64,000 bases of DNA from contig NW_004797465.1 of assembly GCF_000002075.1 (NCBI RefSeq), positions 1,013,674 through 1,077,673 on the forward strand, in the 5' to 3' direction. Source of the DNA: Aplysia californica. Taxonomy: Eukaryota. Below are positions 58,121 through 64,000 of this stretch, piece after piece. Under the pieces are notes generated by a model. The model searched no databases. It was not told the origin of the DNA and saw nothing but the letters and a program-made list of their open reading frames with translations. Numbering within the stretch: the stretch's first letter is position 1; each line of letters begins with the position of its first letter. Made by a program: the position numbers and the translations under genes.

Positions 58121-59424
58121 AGTAAAAGCATGCACACTTTGTAAAAGAAAATAAGATCGTCTCTGTATATCCATTGTTGGACAGTGTCCTATTGTGTGGT
58201 AGATTAAGATGATTTAGATAATATTATTATAGTTTACAAGTCCTGGGAATATTTCGCATGTGTAGGCAACAACTCATACTATAAATGTANNNNNNNNNNN
58301 NNNNNNNNNNNNNNNNNNNNNNNNNNNNNNNNNNNNNNNNNNNNNNNNNNNNNNNNNNNNNNNNNNNNNNNNNNNNNNNNNNNNNNNNNNNNNNNNNNNN
58401 NNNNNNNNNNNNNNNNNNNNNNNNNNNNNNNNNNNNNNNNNNNNNNNNNNNNNNNNNNNNNNNNNNNNNNNNGCACGCACGCGTGAACGATAACAATGAA
58501 TAAACGGGACTATCTTCCCAGACTGGACTAAATAAGTACCATACTCTTAAACAATCTTAATGCCTCACTTTTCCTAACAGAGCACACAGGACCAGTCCAA
58601 GTGTGTGCTTTCCCAAGAAGGGGGAATAGGCTTTCATAATGCAAACACAATGTCATACCACTTCTTAGATGTTTGCTTTTCTGGTTCTATTCTTCTCTCA
58701 TGCTATTAAGCAAATAAAAATGACTACCTGTATCGTATTGTGACTAAAATGCAACACAAATGCAATTTATCAAGGCCCCCGTTTAGTTTTCAAGTATCCC
58801 CCGCCCCCCCTTTCCGGTTCACATAAGCGGGGCCTCGTTCGTAGCCCCCGAGGCGACTGATGGCTGATGACGTCACTCAGTGGAAATTTCCCAGCCGCCG
58901 GTCGTTCACCCATCACGCACAAATGGCAATGTCGCTTTTCCCTTTGTTACTCCCGCATTTTTAAAGATTACGCCAAAACCGCTAAACACAGAAGCACGAA
59001 ATTTTAAGGGAATAAAGAAAAATGGTGTACAACGTATCAGTCAGTTTGACAAATCACAGCTCCGAAAAACTTCAAAGCACACCACATAAACCACTTTCGC
59101 AAACGTTTTCGACTGCTTCTTGGATGGGTACAAAGTTGTCAAACTGCATACTACGAGATTGACCTCTTTTTTTTGATTGGCAGCCAAGTATCATTCATAT
59201 CCATTCACGAGAAGCAGCGTGAGAGCCAGTTGAAGACAACAACCTTTGCGTTAGTTCGTCCCACGAAAAACCCCCGCGGCAGGGGCCAAAAATCGGCAGA
59301 ACAAAACACGCTCGGTGGACATTGCTAAGCAATGTTGTATCTAGGTCTCTGATAACGGGAAGTGAGAAATAAACAAGAAAGGAGAGAGACACTAAAGCAA
59401 GCATACAAGCAATTTTTTTTTTAA

Positions 59425-59616
59425 ATAGTAGAGGGTTTTACGGCGCACGCAACTGCATAAGGTCATATGAGCGCCAAGAGGTGGGTGTCAACAGAGACGT
59501 CTTTACAGGGAATCAGATTTACTCTGCTCACCTCTCTAGCTTCAACAGCTGAAAGGTCTGCTTCGACTATCAAGGCACCTCAAGAGAGTGACAAACATAC
59601 AAAAGAAGTAGAGGAA
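59425..59616 (-). mobile_element. Family B 5'-truncated copy
   Basis: Direct sequence match to the other copies. Confidence 0.7.
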
Positions 59617-60357
59617 AGCAAGCAAGCACTCGAGCACACACATACACAAGGAGACAGAGAGAGGGAGAGCGGGAAATCCAAGAATACCGTAGGCCTAGAT
59701 CTACTTATGTATTCGTGGGTCAAAGGTTCAGTCAATCATAGCCCGGTTTACGCCCTCTGCGTAGTCGCATGTAAGTTAAAGGTTTCTCTACTTTAACTTC
59801 CAGTTCGTCGGGTACAATCGCGGCGGGGTTGTATTGTGCACTAAAACCATAAAGCGACCCAACCCGATCCCGTATATGTGGGCAACCCCTATTATGCCGA
59901 GATCTATTTTATTACAAAACCCACCTCATCCTTGATGGAACATAAAAAGGAAGTGGCTATTCTCATCCGGGGTGAGAATAGAAAAACGATCTACCTCTCA
60001 CCCCGGGTGAGACTTGCCAGCGTAGGCTATTCTCACCCGGTGCGAAACAAGACTTGCTTTTCCTCATTTTGGAATACTGTCGGTGTGGATGATCAAATTG
60101 ACAAAAGCCAAGAAAAAATTACGTTATAGCACAAAAGTAAGCTAATTTGATCGTCTTCAAAGATGCTATGGCTATTTCACTGTTCGAATCGAGCCGAACT
60201 ACGCGGGTCGCCATTTTGTTTTGACCGGAAGTTCTCGCAAGATCTACTCCTCCCCTCTCTCTCTCTGTCTCTTTCTGAATACTGTCTATCGGTGTGGACG
60301 ATCAAATTGACCAAAACAAAGTTAAAAAATGATGTTAAAACACAAAAGTAAATTAAT

Positions 60358-62018
60358 GGCCACCTCTATTCTCACCCGGGGTGAGAATAGTGCAGGCGAG
60401 TCTTTTGGCTATTCTCACCCGATGCGCGTTCACCGTTATAGCCTAGATCTAGGCCAACAAATTTTGCGTTCACCCTAAACTCTAAACTCTAAACCACAGA
60501 ATTCTACACTGTGATAACAGAAAAATTGTAGAATTCTGTGCCGTGAACAAACGTTCCATTACAACTGTAGCCTACTAAAAGCGTGCAATTTTGTCTGTGG
60601 GTAGTGGAGAGAGAGAGAGAGAAAGAGAGAGAAAGAGGAGTAGCGCGACCGGTCAAAACAAAATGGCGACCTGCGTAGTTCGGCTCGATTCGCAAAGTTA
60701 AATAGCCGTAGCATCTTTGTAGACAACCAAATTAATTTACTTTTGTGTTTTAACATCATTTTTTAACTTTGTTTTGGTCAATTTGATCGTCCACACCGAT
60801 AGACAGTATTCAGAAAGAGACAGAGAGAGAGAGAGAGGGGAGGAGTAGATCTTGCGAGAACTTCCGGGCAAAACAAAATGGCGACCCGCGTAGTTCGGCT
60901 CGATTCAAACAGTGAAATAGCCATAGCATCTTTGAAGACGATCAAATTAGCTTATTTTTGTGCTATAACGTAATTTTTTCTTGGCTTTTATCAATGGCCG
61001 CCGTTATTCGGACTCGGGTCCGGAAAAAAGGAAGTGTCTTCGTTCTATAGATCTAACGTTCAGTGCTTCCAATTTTCCGCCATTTTTTAGTTTCCCCCAC
61101 ACCTTATTTGCCGATCCAATGCCCGCCGCCTCATTGATACGCCCCCCCCCCCCCCCCCCCACGTTTCCCACTTTCTTTGTTGTAGAAAAAGGTAAAATTG
61201 AAGATAAGCAGACCACCTCGCACCTGCATATTATGAGCTGTGTCAAAAAAAAAAAGACAGATTCGTTCAAACGTTCAAATACACAAGCCTGTGTCATATT
61301 GATTGTTTACCAATAAAAAGTTGTGTTGCTGTGTAGAGCTGAGCATACGGCAACTTTTGATTCCATAGACCAGTGCACAATTCATTACGTAGATCTACGT
61401 CAAGACTAGCTTATTATTGTAATAATGATCAGTTGCCGGGGGAAAAAATACTGACGCGTATGCGACGTTCAAAGCCCGGACCGATAGTGCCCCACCCTCC
61501 CCGACACGCACACAGCCACACGTGTGCAGGCCGCCCATCCGACCCCGACACACGCTAACGAGCCATCTTTAATTGCTTCTGATGACCTCTTGACAAATAA
61601 ACATTTTTATTAGAAGCGCTTTAACTTTTCAGGCCGGCCTCAAATTCATCATAAGATTAAAACTCGGCTCCGTCACAAAACGCCTTTTTGCCCGAAGTGA
61701 TCCCGGTCTCTACCCAGCCTGAGGCGAGTCACGAGTGAGGCAGGACAGGAAGCCGGATTCATGAGTCACAGGAAGTCGGAAGTGATGTCATGCTGGACAA
61801 GAATCAGAGTCCGAATAACATTTTTTCATATTCGGACTCGAGTCCGAATAATCACTTCGTTTATCAATTTGATCATCCACATCGATAGAAAGTATTCCGA
61901 AATGAGGAAAAACAGGTCTTGTTTCAAACCCGGTGAGAATAGCCTACGGTCGCAAGTCTCACCCGGGGTGAGAGGTCGATCATTTCTATTCTCACCCCGG
62001 ATGAGAATAGCCACTTCC
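60358..62018 (-). mobile_element. Second copy of the same family (E2) inserted inverted inside E1
   Basis: Ends GGCCACC...CACTTCC, 9-bp TSD TAAATTAAT (60349-60357, 62019-62027). Confidence 0.85.
60996..61859 (-). mobile_element. Third, related Mutator-like element (X) inserted inside E2
   Basis: Ends GGCCGCC...CACTTCG, 9-bp TSD TTTATCAAT (60987-60995, 61860-61868), subterminal palindrome tattcggactcgagtccgaata. Confidence 0.82.
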
Positions 62019-64000
62019 TAAATTAATTTGGTTGTCTACAAAGATGTTACGGCTATTTAACTTTGCGAATAGCGGCTCGCCATTTTGTTTTGACCTGAAG
62101 TTCTCGCGCTACTCCTCTCTCTTTCTCTCTCTCTCTCTCTACTGCCCACAGACAAAATTGTACGCTTTTAGTAGGCTACAGTTGTAATGGAACGTTTGTT
62201 CACGGCACAGAATTCTACAATTTTTCTGTTATCACAGTGTAGAATTCTGTGGTTTAGGGTGAACACAAAATTTGTTGGCCTAGATCTAGGCTATAACGGT
62301 ATACGCACACCGGGTGAGAATAGCCAAAAGACTCGCCTGCACTATTCTAATTCTCACCCCGGGTGAGAATAGAGGTGGCCACATAAAAAATAGTAGGCCG
62401 AAAATAGTAACCCACCGCCCAAACAGCCTACCCAAATCTATTCAGATAAGGCAGACAGCATAAACACCACACAACCACACCTTCCTCTCTACGTTAGTCA
62501 CTGTTAGCGGCCAGTTTCCTGTTAATTTTTACCAGTTACCAAAAATCAAAATAGTCACACTTCAGTACAAGATATTGATAACATTTTTTGACATCTCTGT
62601 CTCTGCATCCAAATGTGGATACCAAGCATACTTTTACTAATGGAACATATTGCTACTACTGCTGGACTGGACAGTCCGTTACAGTTCATTTACTAGACGT
62701 TGTTGTGGTAACTGTCGCAGTTACTGATATTCAGATATTGCAAACGAGAAAACTGCAGGCGGCAAGGTAGATCTAGATTCTAGGTGGTGAGGGGAAGCAA
62801 AAGGCAAAAGAGTGCAGCAGCGTTTTCAACGGATGTGTCAAATATCACCATGCAAATCAACAGAACAGCTTGAGATATTCAATGCATACCTTTGCATATG
62901 AAGTCATGCTTAACACTCTAAAGAAGAGCGCAGGAGTATTTACAAAATATACAACTGCAATGAAGCATGCAATCAGTACCCTACCTACATCTTAGACGTT
63001 CACTCTCTGGCTGAACGCCATTGATGATAACACTACACAAGTTTGTTCCCTATTGCCAGGTTTATTTAGTCCTTGATGCCAACACAAAAGGCAAAAATTC
63101 CGCAGGCTATTTCCGATGCAAATTGAAACAGCAATTATTACATTTTACTAAGGAAGTGTTGTTGTTGTTGTTTTTTCATCTTATTAGCTTTATTAATGAA
63201 TTTGCTAGTTTAAAGCTCGTCAAAAGAAATCGCTGGATGAAACCTTTAAAAAGCCTTGCGGATAAGAATAGGCCCACGAATGCCCGTTTATGAAAAGACT
63301 GACAACTCTTTGAGTTGGAACAATAAAAAGGAAGTACATAGCCTATTTGACTGAAGAATCCCACTTCAATAATCAACGCTTTGAGGTACAAACAGGTCGC
63401 AACGACTTAACAAGCCGAGTGGGCTCTTGCACGGGTAGTTCAGTGTGGAGCTTGGCTAACATTGGCTAGAGGAAAGAGTTTTTAAAAGCCGCCAAGTTGG
63501 CAAATCAATTGGGTTTGTTGGTTCCGGTGTGGAATAGCAAGGCCGATTTATAAAGCTTGTCCACATTTTTTCCCAAGCGAACGTGTCTAATAATAAACCC
63601 GATACACCCAGGCAAGGCAGGGGTTGCTGCCATTGGCCTTGCTTGAGCGTGCGTTCCGTTGTTAAGCTGCTTGTAAAGGCTTCCCAAGAGCTGCCACATG
63701 ACAATACAACTAGAATCTCGTTGCGCAGCTTACTCAACGAAACGTCTAAACCTCTTTGCAAAACGCCATAGATTAAATCTAAATAGGTCTACAATAAATT
63801 TATCTCAGACTATCATCAACAAGACCCCAAAAGTCGAGAGAGCGAGTAGCGTTTTGTTCATGCAGCCTAAAATCTAATAATGACTGTTTTACTCAATAGG
63901 AATCAGGCTTAAAAAATTAAAATGTGTGAGCACGCATATACTAAAGTGCTAGAGGAATAGGTCATCACAGCCAATCTCATATTAGATATAGATTTCCTAA

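Larger units (their letters stand above)
57030..59891. mobile_element. Non-autonomous TIR transposon (PIF/Harbinger-like?) carrying nested repeats and a gap
   Basis: TIR tagggggtgcccacatat..gatcggg / cccgatc..atatgtgggcaaccccta, with TTA on both outer sides. Can also be read as GGGG ends with a TA TSD. Confidence 0.6.
59949..62380 (+). mobile_element. Mutator-like non-autonomous element E1 (outer element of a nest)
   Basis: Ends GGAAGTGG...GGTGGCC, 9-bp TSD ACATAAAAA (59940-59948, 62381-62389), subterminal ctattctcacccgggtgagaatag palindromes. Confidence 0.85.

Noticed and set aside
58863-58890. CTGATGA...GAAA resembling a hammerhead ribozyme core
   Set aside because: I could not build a clean stem II or stems I/III with an NUH cleavage site.
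62400-64000. Short ORFs near the window end
   Set aside because: No recognisable domain or consistent splice structure.

Overview
This is AT-rich, intron-containing animal DNA from a gapped draft assembly. A gastropod or other mollusc is inferred from the repeat types, not proven. Two convergent protein-coding genes can be assembled by hand with phase-consistent GT-AG junctions. (1) On +, a 9-exon, 531-aa divergent SLC35F6-like drug/metabolite-superfamily transporter (CDS 671-20934) with a long acidic loop insertion. (2) On -, a ~3330-aa, mostly low-complexity protein with five C2H2 zinc fingers, encoded by 5 coding exons (CDS 50657-34826). The rest is mainly repeats: a decayed Sola1-like DNA transposon with a nested RTE-LINE fragment, a second RTE fragment, a tRNA/Nin(Deu)-domain SINE, several MITEs, and a triple-nested set of Mutator-like elements (9-bp TSDs). 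There are also about 25 copies or fragments of two related short retroposon families that share a covarying 3' hairpin and a CTAAA-type tail. The most unusual signal is that these retroposons are almost always sense to the host gene and repeatedly end in the branch-point zone just upstream of 3' splice sites. In addition, four exon boundaries and the stop codon of the SLC35F6-like gene lie in or against local tandem duplications. A 1.7-kb identical duplication around an N gap is probably an assembly artefact. All coordinates were counted by hand; repeat edges may be off by a few nt.
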